A stretch of 64,000 bases of DNA, taken from a virus (taxonomy: Duplodnaviria; Caudoviricetes). A program made the translations under genes and the position numbers. This document shows positions 41,501 to 50,561 of the stretch, one piece after another; position 1 is the first letter of the stretch; each line of letters starts with the position of its first letter. Where the stretch lies: positions 1 through 64,000 of IMG/VR virus record IMGVR_UViG_2841817361_000001; one strand, 5' to 3'. Under the pieces are notes generated by a model. It worked only from the letters and a program-made list of their open reading frames with translations. It was not told the origin of the DNA and did not search any database.

Positions 41501-42132
41501 TAATCTCCATCTTTGTATTTATATCTGTAAGCAAACGCAACAAATCGGTCTTTATCAACGTCACTTACGGTATTACTATTTTTACTCTTATTTTTTATTA
41601 TAGGAGCATCATATGGAGGTTTCTTGATTAAGGTAATATCATCAATCGTAAAACCATTATAATAATCTTCTAATCGGCTTAAATTTATTACTCTTGGGTA
41701 TTCCCAAACTTCATTACTAAAAATGAGTAAATCGCCAATTTGATTAATGCTTAATAAGAATTTTAAAGGGAAAATTTCAGCTCCTTCTTTCCAACGAATT
41801 AGATCAAATCTTAGAACTTGAGTATCTTCAATAATTAATCTACTGTTACCTGAAATAATATCATATTCAATAATCTTACTCAATCCGGTTTTAGCAGCTA
41901 AGAAATAAAATAATTTATCATTAAAGCCTTTATAAGATCCTATTAAAACCATTTCTTCATTAGAAAAATCACTAATTTTCAAAGATGATTTTATTGACTT
42001 AAAAGCTCCGTTATCTCCTTCGCCTGATAAACGCAAATTCTCGGCTCTTACATAGCCTTTGTTATCAGTAAAAGTAGGATGAATATCACTATCCATCCTA
42101 CCTTGTGTAAAAATATTTTGTATTGTTGGCAT
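38581..42132 (-). CDS. Tail nozzle/stabilization protein (crAss muzzle / P22 gp10-like)
   Basis: IFTQGRMDSD, FAYRYKYKDG..T..S, GNRLVY.NY, YGISYNPES, YFTD and MRGKW motifs. Confidence 0.8.
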   Translation of the reverse strand: MPTIQNIFTQGRMDSDIHPTFTDNKGYVRAENLRLSGEGDNGAFKSIKSSLKISDFSNEEMVLIGSYKGFNDKLFYFLAAKTGLSKIIEYDIISGNSRLIIEDTQVLRFDLIRWKEGAEIFPLKFLLSINQIGDLLIFSNEVWEYPRVINLSRLEDYYNGFTIDDITLIKKPPYDAPIIKNKSKNSNTVSDVDKDRFVAFAYRYKYKDGDYTPLSFYSDCSFETDGAFEVDEDRLNKAMVNKFNKLQLSINSGGHNVTDVEVYAREQLSNTAYRIYNVNKKKASINDDSEIFVDYSYSSNYEVLTDEETKYLYSNMPRFPKSQELVGNRLVYYNYKEDRDLKGINGDDIDVYFYVGVKNTPYSSSIKNNTVVSLFKYKIGVIFYNDYNERTSILLPQNENVSEATIGFEDKNTINSLFVKMVSDAPSWATKAKFAVLSQKLNYENIYITYARKVGNKIFLSITGDNINRIRKDDVIIRTDSSVYKEYKVSEVQQYGIKDGVIRDGVYAVIEVDDSFTITKNGEDIPIISESGWRTIDAVQQSTNPKRYDATSFYSGQIGSIIYNSTNNRADFLKSDYGVIKEGDLFSFSINFHYGRTGDEYGSINVSEQIFATKEYPSIYELLIDNLKSPYLTVYGNNTLNEVSLFTNSLFPDYVKEQIPRMYNWAVNSTAVPPEYAEVKVRSEVKLQRGIIPISFRTKNKEELNNIYYPTYKTYKVEDGNIIPDRIEAGMPTFDIEFYNGYCWGNGIESYKIKDQFNGKKLENSFHPNSVLLRGYKEIHRKNDISYGGIFNYELGINNLPVFNSTLANWKTLPIKYGEGQRIISTDSDLVVFNPNKIFRVLFGKSVILDLRGNESLATTNDVLGDIIELDYDYGISYNPESIAVNSNILYFTDKNKTRILALSGNQIVEVNGQNCGVFKETIDLLKSSSTFIGTYDEAHDEYVLGFDNKLTYSFNQNYKGFSHIMTYNFDYLHGTNGKLFQSYKGVLYEAEKGNDYSIFANQGTKTGKLKYYVNIEMNTDIIYQAHSLQSNVPWNTSFKTNLTESTVPESNYKYKESFYYTEIYRDTIGINNAKGVGEISHVNGNEVTFNYMPDGINVGDDLNIEGNISSAITNINGNTITVSNNTGFIIGQFAFTTPQRTLEYNPNGSPMRGKWLEVELSKTSNEYVYIASTTTEVKKSYL

Positions 42133-42923
42133 TATCGTGATTTCATTAGAAGTATAGAATCAATATCTGCCATTGATAGCCCGTTTTGGCTTTTGCTTAA
42201 AACATTCCTAGCACTTTTGAATTCCTTCTTAAATGCTTGAGAAATATTTAAAGTGTCTTGACCTCCTTCTAGTAATTTATATTTTGTGAAATAAACCAAC
42301 GCGTCTTCATATTCATCCGGAATATTAATAGCACATTCATCAATATCATTGATTTTATTGCTTACATATTCAATTATCACATTTTGCTCTTCAAGATCAG
42401 AACTAAATTCAAAGTATTCATCTCTAATTGAAATCGAACTATTAGAATATTTAACTAAATCATCTAATAAAGATCTTAATGGTTCTGGTACATATTTACC
42501 TTTACCACAACAAACTTCACATGATGTATCATTTACTTTATTATCAACGGAATTACAACTAATACATTCCTGGTATAAATCTGTTCCATCACAATCTGTT
42601 AAAATTGATCCGTCACAATCTATAAGGAAATTGAATATAGTTTCTGGTAATGTTGAATCTTTAGCTAATTCAATAGTTTTACCATCACAATTAATAATAT
42701 AAGCACGTATGAATCTTAGATAATCTTGTGGTTTAAATAATTTACAAGAAGATGGTACTGTACCATTCATCCCTACTATATTCCTACCAAATGTCAGATT
42801 TAATTTCTTAAGTGCTTCTTTAAAGTACTTAGTCATCATGAATCTAGTCTTGACTCTAAATAAGCTATCTGGAGTTTGTGATTCTAATTCAAGTTCGTCA
42901 ATTAAATCTTTCAGTGTAGGCAT
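42132..42923 (-). CDS. Tail ring/adaptor protein with a Cys-rich insert
   Basis: PQDYLRF and IPDEYEDALVY motifs; position next to the nozzle gene. Confidence 0.6.
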   Translation of the reverse strand: MPTLKDLIDELELESQTPDSLFRVKTRFMMTKYFKEALKKLNLTFGRNIVGMNGTVPSSCKLFKPQDYLRFIRAYIINCDGKTIELAKDSTLPETIFNFLIDCDGSILTDCDGTDLYQECISCNSVDNKVNDTSCEVCCGKGKYVPEPLRSLLDDLVKYSNSSISIRDEYFEFSSDLEEQNVIIEYVSNKINDIDECAINIPDEYEDALVYFTKYKLLEGGQDTLNISQAFKKEFKSARNVLSKSQNGLSMADIDSILLMKSR

Positions 42924-42925
42924 AG

Positions 42926-43126
42926 TTATTTTTTCTTTTTATCCATCCAGTTATGATAATCTGCATGTGTTACTTCTCTTTTCCGATCTTCATAACTATT
43001 AATATTTCCATTTTCTTTGTTTGCTTGTTTAAACAATGCTTCTCTTTCTTCTGAAAGTAAATAGTTACCGAATTCTACTAAATCTTTTCTATTAAAATAA
43101 ACTACCATTATTCTTGAATTTTTCAA
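42926..43126 (-). CDS. Small hypothetical phage protein
   Basis: DLVEFGNYLLSEER...VTHAD. Confidence 0.6.
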   Translation of the reverse strand: MKNSRIMVVYFNRKDLVEFGNYLLSEEREALFKQANKENGNINSYEDRKREVTHADYHNWMDKKKK

Positions 43127-43171
43127 TGGTTTGTTCCTACTCTATAAGCTTTTCGGATTCCGCTTTATTTG

Positions 43172-43242
43172 CACGCCTGAAAAGATTCGAACTCTTACTA
43201 AATGGTTTGGAATCATTTGTGCTACCATTACACTACAGACGC
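43172..43242 (-). tRNA. trnW: tRNA-Trp (CCA)
   Basis: GCGTCTG acceptor pairs with CAGGCGT; loop TTCCAAA; GTTCGAATC T-loop; G73 discriminator. Confidence 0.85.
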
Positions 43243-43243
43243 A

Positions 43244-43927
43244 TTATTGATTATTATACATTTCTTCTTGTTTCAATCCATTAGCATAAGCTTCAACTTC
43301 TTGCTCTCTTACATTCAATCCGGACATTGATAATACTTCGGTAAGTAAATGTGTGAACAATGATTCTGGAATATCAATATCCTGGAAATCTGAGGCAGAA
43401 GGATTAAACATTTCAATGCCTTGAACAATATGAAATGTATATTTTGGTGTTTTAGTTTTTCGAATATAATCTAACTCTACATTCGTTTTATTAGAGGATA
43501 TTCTAATCTCATTATTATTTAGTGTGAATACAGGTAAACATTGACTTGGTCGCATTCTTTTAGTCCTACTCAAACTATTGAATGTTTTAAGCTCTACCTT
43601 TTCATACTCATTATCATTATCGAAAACAGACTCAACATATAAAACATCTGGTGGTAATTGTGCCTTACCACCATTGATGTTTATTTCTTTACTGGTTACA
43701 TAGAATTCTATTAATTGTTTTTGTGTAAACGCATCGTTTCCGTAATTGTTAGCCAACTGCATTCGCATTTCTCTGTAACTTGTTTTCTTAAATACAGAGA
43801 ATAATTCTGATATAACTTTTAACTGAGCATTACCAACAATGCTGTTAAACTCCAACACAGTTATTTTACCTCGTTGGTCTTTGTTTAACAAAACATTTAT
43901 TAGAGTATATAACCGATCTATGTACAT
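43244..43927 (-). CDS. Tail tubular/ring protein (head-tail adaptor)
   Basis: LLNKDQRGKIT..EFN....AQ and YIRK...PKY motifs as in crAss-like ring proteins. Confidence 0.7.
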   Translation of the reverse strand: MYIDRLYTLINVLLNKDQRGKITVLEFNSIVGNAQLKVISELFSVFKKTSYREMRMQLANNYGNDAFTQKQLIEFYVTSKEININGGKAQLPPDVLYVESVFDNDNEYEKVELKTFNSLSRTKRMRPSQCLPVFTLNNNEIRISSNKTNVELDYIRKTKTPKYTFHIVQGIEMFNPSASDFQDIDIPESLFTHLLTEVLSMSGLNVREQEVEAYANGLKQEEMYNNQ

Positions 43928-44667
43928 TACTTTTCAGCTTTATCCGTAACTGCTGCTTTTTTAGTAGTTACTTTTTCAATAGTATCTTCACGCATCTGTT
44001 CAGCTAGAACTGTAGCTACTTTTTTACCTTCAGTCGTTTTTAAGAAGTCTACCATTTCTTCAACAGGAGTTTTACCTCTCGGAATTGATGTGATCAACTC
44101 ATTATTAGATTTCCATCTAACTTCTGAACCAGCTACATCTTGAGTAATAATTTCTTTTGCAAACGCAACTGTTACAAAAAGACGTTCCTTATTTTCAGAT
44201 TCATCCAACATCTTGTTGATTTTATCTGGATCTTCTTGTACTTCATTTACAATATTCAATCTTAATACAGGAATACCTTGTTGTAAAGCTGAGAAGCCAA
44301 ATAACTCAATACCTAAAGCTCTAAGATTTACTTCATCAAGCTTAAACACTTTATCAAGTACTTGGCTTGCATTTTCTACTGCTTCAAGATGTGCTACAGC
44401 ATTAGCTTCAGGATCATAAATTTTAATTAAATCACCAAATCTAGGATGGCCTTCAAGCCACTTTTGTTCAACAGGATTACTGAATGACATGATTTGAGAA
44501 TTCACATAAATTCTTTGTCCTTTAGCTTCAGAATCTTGTTTCTTATATTCAAGTTCAGCATCATCCTCTACAAGTCTGATCTTCACTCTATCTTTATTTA
44601 CGTAGACTGGATTTAAATGTGCTTTCCAATATTCACTATCGAAAATGTATGTTTTAGTTTCTGACAT
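43927..44667 (-). CDS. Conserved structural-module protein
   Basis: Between the capsid gene and the ring protein; QKWLEGHP. Confidence 0.5.
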   Translation of the reverse strand: MSETKTYIFDSEYWKAHLNPVYVNKDRVKIRLVEDDAELEYKKQDSEAKGQRIYVNSQIMSFSNPVEQKWLEGHPRFGDLIKIYDPEANAVAHLEAVENASQVLDKVFKLDEVNLRALGIELFGFSALQQGIPVLRLNIVNEVQEDPDKINKMLDESENKERLFVTVAFAKEIITQDVAGSEVRWKSNNELITSIPRGKTPVEEMVDFLKTTEGKKVATVLAEQMREDTIEKVTTKKAAVTDKAEK

Positions 44668-44688
44668 ATTTAGGTTATGTGTTTAAAA

Positions 44689-44714
44689 TCAAGTAGGGAT
44701 TTCTCCCCACTTGA
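44689..44714 (-). terminator. Hairpin after the capsid gene
   Basis: tcaagtaggga-tttc-tccccacttga inverted repeat. Confidence 0.55.
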
Positions 44715-44732
44715 CTATATTTAAAATGATTA

Positions 44733-46103
44733 TTAGTTAATACCTACGATGAATTTTTCTGGGAAGAAGATTACTGGTGCAAACTTGTTCACATATTCAA
44801 TTTTGAACTTGTCACAATTTGCAATTCCATTATCAACTCTTAGGTTTTTATAAACTTTTCTTTCGTTTCCGAACCATGCAACGTTAGCATAACCAACTTC
44901 AAATGATTGACCTCCTACAGTTCTTTTTAATTTACCCATTGGAGTAATTAAGAAGTTGTATTTTTTAGCAAGGTTTAGTGAAGCATGTTTACCTGTAAAT
45001 GCATTCCATTTAGTAAAAATCAACTTAACTCCATTTACATCAATTCCTTTGTATCCTAGATACATAAGATCATTTTGATGATTTACAAACGGGTCCCACT
45101 GATAATTAGTTCTTGGAAGCAAATCCATTAATGCAGTATATTGTTCCGGAGTACAGTGAAGTGCTGCTTCATACACTCCTTCTTTTTCAAGTAAAGCTGC
45201 TATATCAGATAAATCAGAGATTGCACTGATTTTACCCTGGAATTTAGTTGCTCTGTTATCTAAGATTTGGAAGATACCCATAGTTCCTCTTGGTGAACCT
45301 TTTGCTGTTGCCTGAGCTGCTGTAAGTCTTCTTGCAAAAGCAAGTGCATTATCAGTCATATCAGATAGTTCAGTCATCTTTCTATCAAGATTAGTATCTA
45401 ACCAATATTCACCATCTTTGGTTTTATATGGTTCATAAGATCCACCTCCAGTTGCAATGACTTCTTCATCACACCATTCAAGGCAAACACCTGTTTTAAA
45501 GAAAGACTGTTCTCTTGCTGGAGAGTAATCTTTATACCCAATACATGGTGGACATTCACAATGATCTAAATTGTAACCTGTGAAAATAATTTCAAGATCA
45601 GCTGAAGCAATATCCCAGTCAGTATCTGTATCAACTCTATCGGCTGTAATTACTGTACTGTCAGCATTAATTGCTGTAATCTTACCGTAGTTCATTTTAC
45701 CAGTTGCATCAATAGCCGTGAATTCCATTCCTACTTCAACAATGAACTGTAATTTAGTAGGTCTACTAGAATCAAAGTCATACGGATCAGAAGGTATTTT
45801 AGTAGCATCAATAGTAAAATCCTTATCTGTTCTTTTTACTACTCTTCCGGTTATTGATAAAGGAATATTAGTTCCTTCTGATTCATTATATCTGAACTGA
45901 TCACTTGCTACAGTGATTTCATTTCCTTGTGCTAATAAGAAACCTAAGTAGGTATTTTTAGCGATTTCTGGCAACACTACTTCACCAATATATTCTGGTG
46001 CTGTAGCTGCTGCAATTTCCATAGAAGACACTAGAGGTTTTCTTCCTCCTGTACTCTTCTGTAAAAGATACTGTTTATCTACTGTTGGATTTACGATTGG
46101 CAT
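44733..46103 (-). CDS. Major capsid protein
   Basis: 456 aa; downstream of an acidic scaffold-like gene; RGTMGIFQIL motif; followed by a hairpin. Confidence 0.7.
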   Translation of the reverse strand: MPIVNPTVDKQYLLQKSTGGRKPLVSSMEIAAATAPEYIGEVVLPEIAKNTYLGFLLAQGNEITVASDQFRYNESEGTNIPLSITGRVVKRTDKDFTIDATKIPSDPYDFDSSRPTKLQFIVEVGMEFTAIDATGKMNYGKITAINADSTVITADRVDTDTDWDIASADLEIIFTGYNLDHCECPPCIGYKDYSPAREQSFFKTGVCLEWCDEEVIATGGGSYEPYKTKDGEYWLDTNLDRKMTELSDMTDNALAFARRLTAAQATAKGSPRGTMGIFQILDNRATKFQGKISAISDLSDIAALLEKEGVYEAALHCTPEQYTALMDLLPRTNYQWDPFVNHQNDLMYLGYKGIDVNGVKLIFTKWNAFTGKHASLNLAKKYNFLITPMGKLKRTVGGQSFEVGYANVAWFGNERKVYKNLRVDNGIANCDKFKIEYVNKFAPVIFFPEKFIVGIN

Positions 46104-46133
46104 TTCTAATTTGTGTTTTTGGTTTTTAGTTTT

Positions 46134-47222
46134 CTATTTTAGTATCGACTTATGAGCGCCATGTCGTAGACCTTCAAGTTCTTCTCTTGGGTTTGAATTT
46201 TGAGTAGTAACCTCACGATTATTGAATGAAATATTTCTTTCTGATTTATCACGTCGTTCCATTCCTTCAGCAACTCCTTGTTCATAAATGAAATCAAATA
46301 CTTGTTGCTTAAACTGTTGGCTTCTCCATGCTGCAAAGTCTTCATATAATGATTTTGCATTTGTTACTTGAGTATAGTCAGCATTGAAATAGTCTTTAAC
46401 TGTTTCGCTAATATTCTCTACAAATGGTCTTATACTTGACTTAACTTCATCTTCCATCGTGAAGAAAACTGTCTTACCTCCGAAATTCAACGGAATATCA
46501 GACACTTCTTTTTCTACTTTATAAATTTCATTGAGATAGTTTGCACGAACTTCTTGTGCATATGCTTGTTGTTGTTTAACCAAATCATCATTTGATAAAT
46601 TATTATCTGGTTGTGTATTTGATTCAAACGATAATTCTGAATTAACTTTTTCAGTATGAAAAGCTTTTGCTTTAGCTAATAGTTCCTCACGTTTAGCCTG
46701 CTTCTCTAAGTTTCGTTCATTAATCTGATCAATGTCTTTCTGCGAAACTCCTCCAAAGTCATCATCAAAATCTTCATCAGACATTTCAGGGACTTGTTCC
46801 AAAGTCATCCTCTTCATTTCCAATTCGATTCCAGCCTTTTGTTTTCCTTCTTTTTCAGAAAGATATTGGCGAATTAAATCGTCTTCAGGAATTGTATTAA
46901 TGTCTTTTGTAAGTTCGTAAAAGTCGTTAACGTTTTTAGACGGGTTTTTTTTAAGAAAATTATTAATCTTTGCAACTTCTTCAGAAGCAAATACATCTTC
47001 GTTTTTTGACCCGTTTCTGTTATCGACAGTAGCAATATTAACTTGAGAGTCTACTTCTTGTGTAGAATTATTTTGAGGAGCTACCTCATTGTCTACATTT
47101 GAAGGCTCAATATTTTGTTCAACTGTTTGTTCTGTTTGATTATCAACTGAAGTGACTTGCGAATCAACATCTGAATGCTGGTTTGCTTGTTCTTGCAATA
47201 ATGTTTTTAATCGTTCACTCAT
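46134..47222 (-). CDS. Putative scaffolding protein
   Basis: Acidic, low-complexity N-terminus; FIYEQGVAEG; immediately upstream of the capsid gene. Confidence 0.6.
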   Translation of the reverse strand: MSERLKTLLQEQANQHSDVDSQVTSVDNQTEQTVEQNIEPSNVDNEVAPQNNSTQEVDSQVNIATVDNRNGSKNEDVFASEEVAKINNFLKKNPSKNVNDFYELTKDINTIPEDDLIRQYLSEKEGKQKAGIELEMKRMTLEQVPEMSDEDFDDDFGGVSQKDIDQINERNLEKQAKREELLAKAKAFHTEKVNSELSFESNTQPDNNLSNDDLVKQQQAYAQEVRANYLNEIYKVEKEVSDIPLNFGGKTVFFTMEDEVKSSIRPFVENISETVKDYFNADYTQVTNAKSLYEDFAAWRSQQFKQQVFDFIYEQGVAEGMERRDKSERNISFNNREVTTQNSNPREELEGLRHGAHKSILK

Positions 47223-47449
47223 AATTTAGGTTTATGGATTTACCCCAAAATACAAGCACACATTCCCTAAAGTGGATTTGCTAAAATGATTTACATGAGC
47301 CTACATGTTTTTACTTTAAATGTTAATATTTACGTTAAATGCAATTTTTTATTTTGATATTAATTTTATTTTATTTATTTTTTCTAATATGAACTATATA
47401 CTCGTATATCTAAAGATATACTCGTACCTACTGCGTACGTTTCTCTACC

Positions 47450-47509
47450 GCAATATTTCCCCATTTTATTTCGCTCGCTCCGCTCACTCATAAAATAGAA
47501 AAATATTGC
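47450..47509. repeat. Long imperfect hairpin with a CGCTC-repeat loop
   Basis: gcaatattt..attttat / ataaaat..aaatattgc arms around cgctcgctccgctcactc. Confidence 0.7.
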
Positions 47510-47777
47510 TCGTTCGATCAAAAAACAAAAAGCTTATTTAGAATAATTACTATTGATTTTCAAATATTTATGAAAACTGGTAAATAAATATTAATTATGG
47601 AACTTTTTGTGAAAAACGCAAAAACAACATTCAAAGTCCCTATCGACGGAATTTACCATTTTGTAAAATGCAATCCGCTACTTTATAAAAAACAATGAAG
47701 ACGTGACTAAATAACGTTTAATGTAATTTAATTTGCTTTTTGTGTATTTTAAATTTGCTTTTAAAGTAATTACGTTG

Positions 47778-47785
47778 TAAATTTG
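47778..47785 (+). promoter_or_regulatory. Bacteroidota -7 promoter element (TAAATTTG) with upstream TTTG
   Basis: TAnnTTTG upstream of 47806. Confidence 0.6.
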
Positions 47786-47805
47786 TGTATATAAAACGAT
47801 GAAAT

Positions 47806-48261
47806 TTGGCAACACACGAAGAAATAGAAAAAATACTTTATGAACCTGTAAGAGAAATGACTTTTGGTTCTTATTCAGAAATGCGCAAAGCAGGATGGAA
47901 TAAAAAAGAATTAGTCTCTTTCATCAAGAATGTAATGTCAGCATTTGAAGAAGCAGTTTTAGAAGGGCACTCAATTTCTTTTAAAGAATATGCAGTAATT
48001 GAAAGGCGACCAAAATATGCAGGAGGATATAGAATTGGAAACTGGTTTAAGAAAGATACTTACAAACTAGGATTGTATGCAACCAAAGTACAAAAGGTTA
48101 GAAAAGAAATGAGAAAGCTATTTGAACGTGATATGCAAGCCGGAATTCAGCCAGACAATATGCCATTATACATTGCCAAATGGAAAGAAAGAGAAGCTCT
48201 TAGAAAACTAGAAAAAGAAAAATTGGAAAATGATGATTCCAAGAAAGAAGAAGATCTGTAA
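47806..48261 (+). CDS. HU/IHF-like DNA-binding protein (divergent)
   Basis: FIKNVMSAFEEAVLEGHSISFKEYAVIERR resembles the HU helix-strand core. Confidence 0.45.
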   Translation: MATHEEIEKILYEPVREMTFGSYSEMRKAGWNKKELVSFIKNVMSAFEEAVLEGHSISFKEYAVIERRPKYAGGYRIGNWFKKDTYKLGLYATKVQKVRKEMRKLFERDMQAGIQPDNMPLYIAKWKEREALRKLEKEKLENDDSKKEEDL

Positions 48262-48616
48262 AAGTTGTGAAACTGAAAAATATCTTTTTGGAAAAGGATT
48301 ATGTAAACCGTGTTACTTACGTTTAAATAACAAGCCGATAAATAAAATATCCCAAAAACACAAAGAACTATTGAGTGAGTACACGGTTATACGCAAAGAG
48401 TTTTTAGAAAGCTGTAATTATATATGTAAACCTAATCTAGAAAACTGCACAAGAAAAGCAACCGAAGTACATCACATGAAAGGAAAAGTTTCTAAAGAAC
48501 TTTTTTTAAATCCAAAATACTTTCTTCCAACTTGTTCATCATGTCATAAATATATAGAGGAACATCCAGAATTTGCTTATGAAAATGGATTCTCAATTAA
48601 AAGAAACATAAAATAA
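48230..48616 (+). CDS. HNH/NinG-like nuclease
   Basis: CxxC pairs, ATEVHHMKG, CSSCHKYIEEHP. Confidence 0.7.
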   Translation: MMIPRKKKICKSCETEKYLFGKGLCKPCYLRLNNKPINKISQKHKELLSEYTVIRKEFLESCNYICKPNLENCTRKATEVHHMKGKVSKELFLNPKYFLPTCSSCHKYIEEHPEFAYENGFSIKRNIK

Positions 48617-48617
48617 A

Positions 48618-48691
48618 GGTTATTTAACTCAGTTGGTAAGAGTGCTGTTCTCATAAAACAGAAGTCATAGGTTCGAATCCTATAATAGCCA
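48618..48691 (+). tRNA. tRNA with CAT anticodon (Met or Ile2)
   Basis: GGTTATT/AATAGCC acceptor; ctgtt-CTCATAA-aacag anticodon arm; GGTTCGAATCC. Confidence 0.9.
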
Positions 48692-48954
48692 CATAAATTA
48701 ACCACCACACGTATAGTTGTTTAGTTATAAGCCAGTCTTACAAAGTTGTTTTCATAGTTTTTTCATATTTATTATTTGGTTTTTAAAGTGTGGTGGTATT
48801 TTTTAATAATCAATAATCCATTATTATTCTCTTCGTGCAAGAGTGAGTTAATTTAAAAACAATATAGGGTGCTAAATGCTGCACAAGGGTGAACTTACCA
48901 TATGTCACATCCTATTTACCAAGCTGATAATAATGGATTTTAAAATAACACCTT

Positions 48955-49248
48955 ATGAAAAAAGTAGTAGAAATTATTACAGCATATTATCGCCTACTTA
49001 TCTTAAAACTGTTTGGTGGAATAACTGTAGAAGAAAAATTAGAACAACAAAGAAGACTTGATATTTGTGAAGAATGCCTTTTAAGAAGCAAAAATTGGTG
49101 TGATAGCAAAAAGACAATTGTCATGATTGATGAAGAAAAGTCAAAAAATAATATTAGACATCTGAAAAATATAACTGGATGTGGATGTTACTTACCTGCA
49201 AAAGCTTTAGTAGAATCAAAAGAAGAATGTCCGTTAAATAAATGGTAA
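48955..49248 (+). CDS. Cys-rich zinc-binding phage protein
   Basis: RLDICEEC...GCGCYLPAK...CPLNKW. Confidence 0.7.
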   Translation: MKKVVEIITAYYRLLILKLFGGITVEEKLEQQRRLDICEECLLRSKNWCDSKKTIVMIDEEKSKNNIRHLKNITGCGCYLPAKALVESKEECPLNKW

Positions 49249-49905
49249 TATGAACTTTGTAGAAAATGTATATCAATATTTATTCTATGCCCCAGAAGAA
49301 ATAAAATTCAACTGGTATCAAGATGATGTACTTTACTTTAATGGCTTCAAATTCCATGATGATAAAGTTGAATATATGAATATTTACACTTTTGATACAA
49401 AGGACTATTATAACCCTGAGTACTTAGATGTAACCTTTGCGTTCACAAAGTATAAGAAAAAAGTAAACCCATACCACTTAACCCATATCATTAATGATTG
49501 CTTAAAAAAGTATCATAGAGAATCTGAATTTACCGAAAACCACACCCCAATCCTGAAAAACTTCAATGAACAATTCAAACCAAAACGTCATTACCAAATC
49601 AATAAACACAGAGGAAGACACCTCAAGTTTATTACAAGCGACAGGGATTTCATTCACAGATGGTGGAATAATATACTTTGTAGAGCCATTGAAGAAAGAT
49701 TGTATTCTTCGCCCTTTATCGGACATTTTAATGAAAGACCTAATTCTATGTTCTTTCCATTTTCGTAAAGGCGAAACTCAAATAAAGTTTAAGACTAATG
49801 ATTTCGCAACAAGAACATATAAAGATCTTATTGATCATAATATCAACAATGAACAGTTACAAAATAACATTTATAAACCAGGAGAATTTATAGCAGAAAT
49901 TTACC

Positions 49906-50550
49906 ATGAATTCTAACTTCAGTCGTAAGATATGGTGGAAAATACAACGACATAATAACGGAATTGAAAAAAAGAAATTTGAAGTTGTTAATAAAAATGG
50001 TGTTAAGAAATACAATTTTCTTATTGGTGAAAGCGAACAAGTTAAAAACATCATTAATGAAAGACTTAACGAACTTGGATGGACGTTTCCTTACTTTCAA
50101 AGTCAGATGTATAAAAAATATCGGACACTAAAAAAAGATAGTGAAAGGTATTTAAAAGGAGAAATATCAATACCATTATTTGAATTCTTTAATATGATGA
50201 AAGTTTTAAACATAGAAATTTCCCTAAAACCAAAAGATAACTTATTCACTTCATCCTATGAAAGGGGTATAGTTATTATTAACCGGAACTACTTTCCACG
50301 CTTTTATTTATCATTTCCATTAAAAAAAGTAACAGAATTCCATATACACTTTCAAGATAATTTAGAAGATAATATAAAAAACAAATCGCTTGAATATTAC
50401 ACTGTAATGCATGAAGCTATACGCTGGTATTTCACTGGCAAAAAGAATGTATACAAGCCTATGGAACTTAAAAGAGAATTTATGAAACAATATTTCAAGA
50501 ATGATCAAAATATATTATTTGATACAAAAGAAATTGACAGAACAAAATAA
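49906..50550 (+). CDS. Hypothetical protein, possibly with an HTH
   Basis: YLKGEISIPLFEFFNMMKVLNI resembles the end of an XRE domain. Confidence 0.4.
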   Translation: MNSNFSRKIWWKIQRHNNGIEKKKFEVVNKNGVKKYNFLIGESEQVKNIINERLNELGWTFPYFQSQMYKKYRTLKKDSERYLKGEISIPLFEFFNMMKVLNIEISLKPKDNLFTSSYERGIVIINRNYFPRFYLSFPLKKVTEFHIHFQDNLEDNIKNKSLEYYTVMHEAIRWYFTGKKNVYKPMELKREFMKQYFKNDQNILFDTKEIDRTK

Positions 50551-50561
50551 AATATTACAAA

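Noticed and set aside
49250-49916. 203-bp overlap of two plus-strand ORFs as a programmed frameshift
   Set aside because: No clear slippery site; more simply a run-on C-terminus of the first ORF
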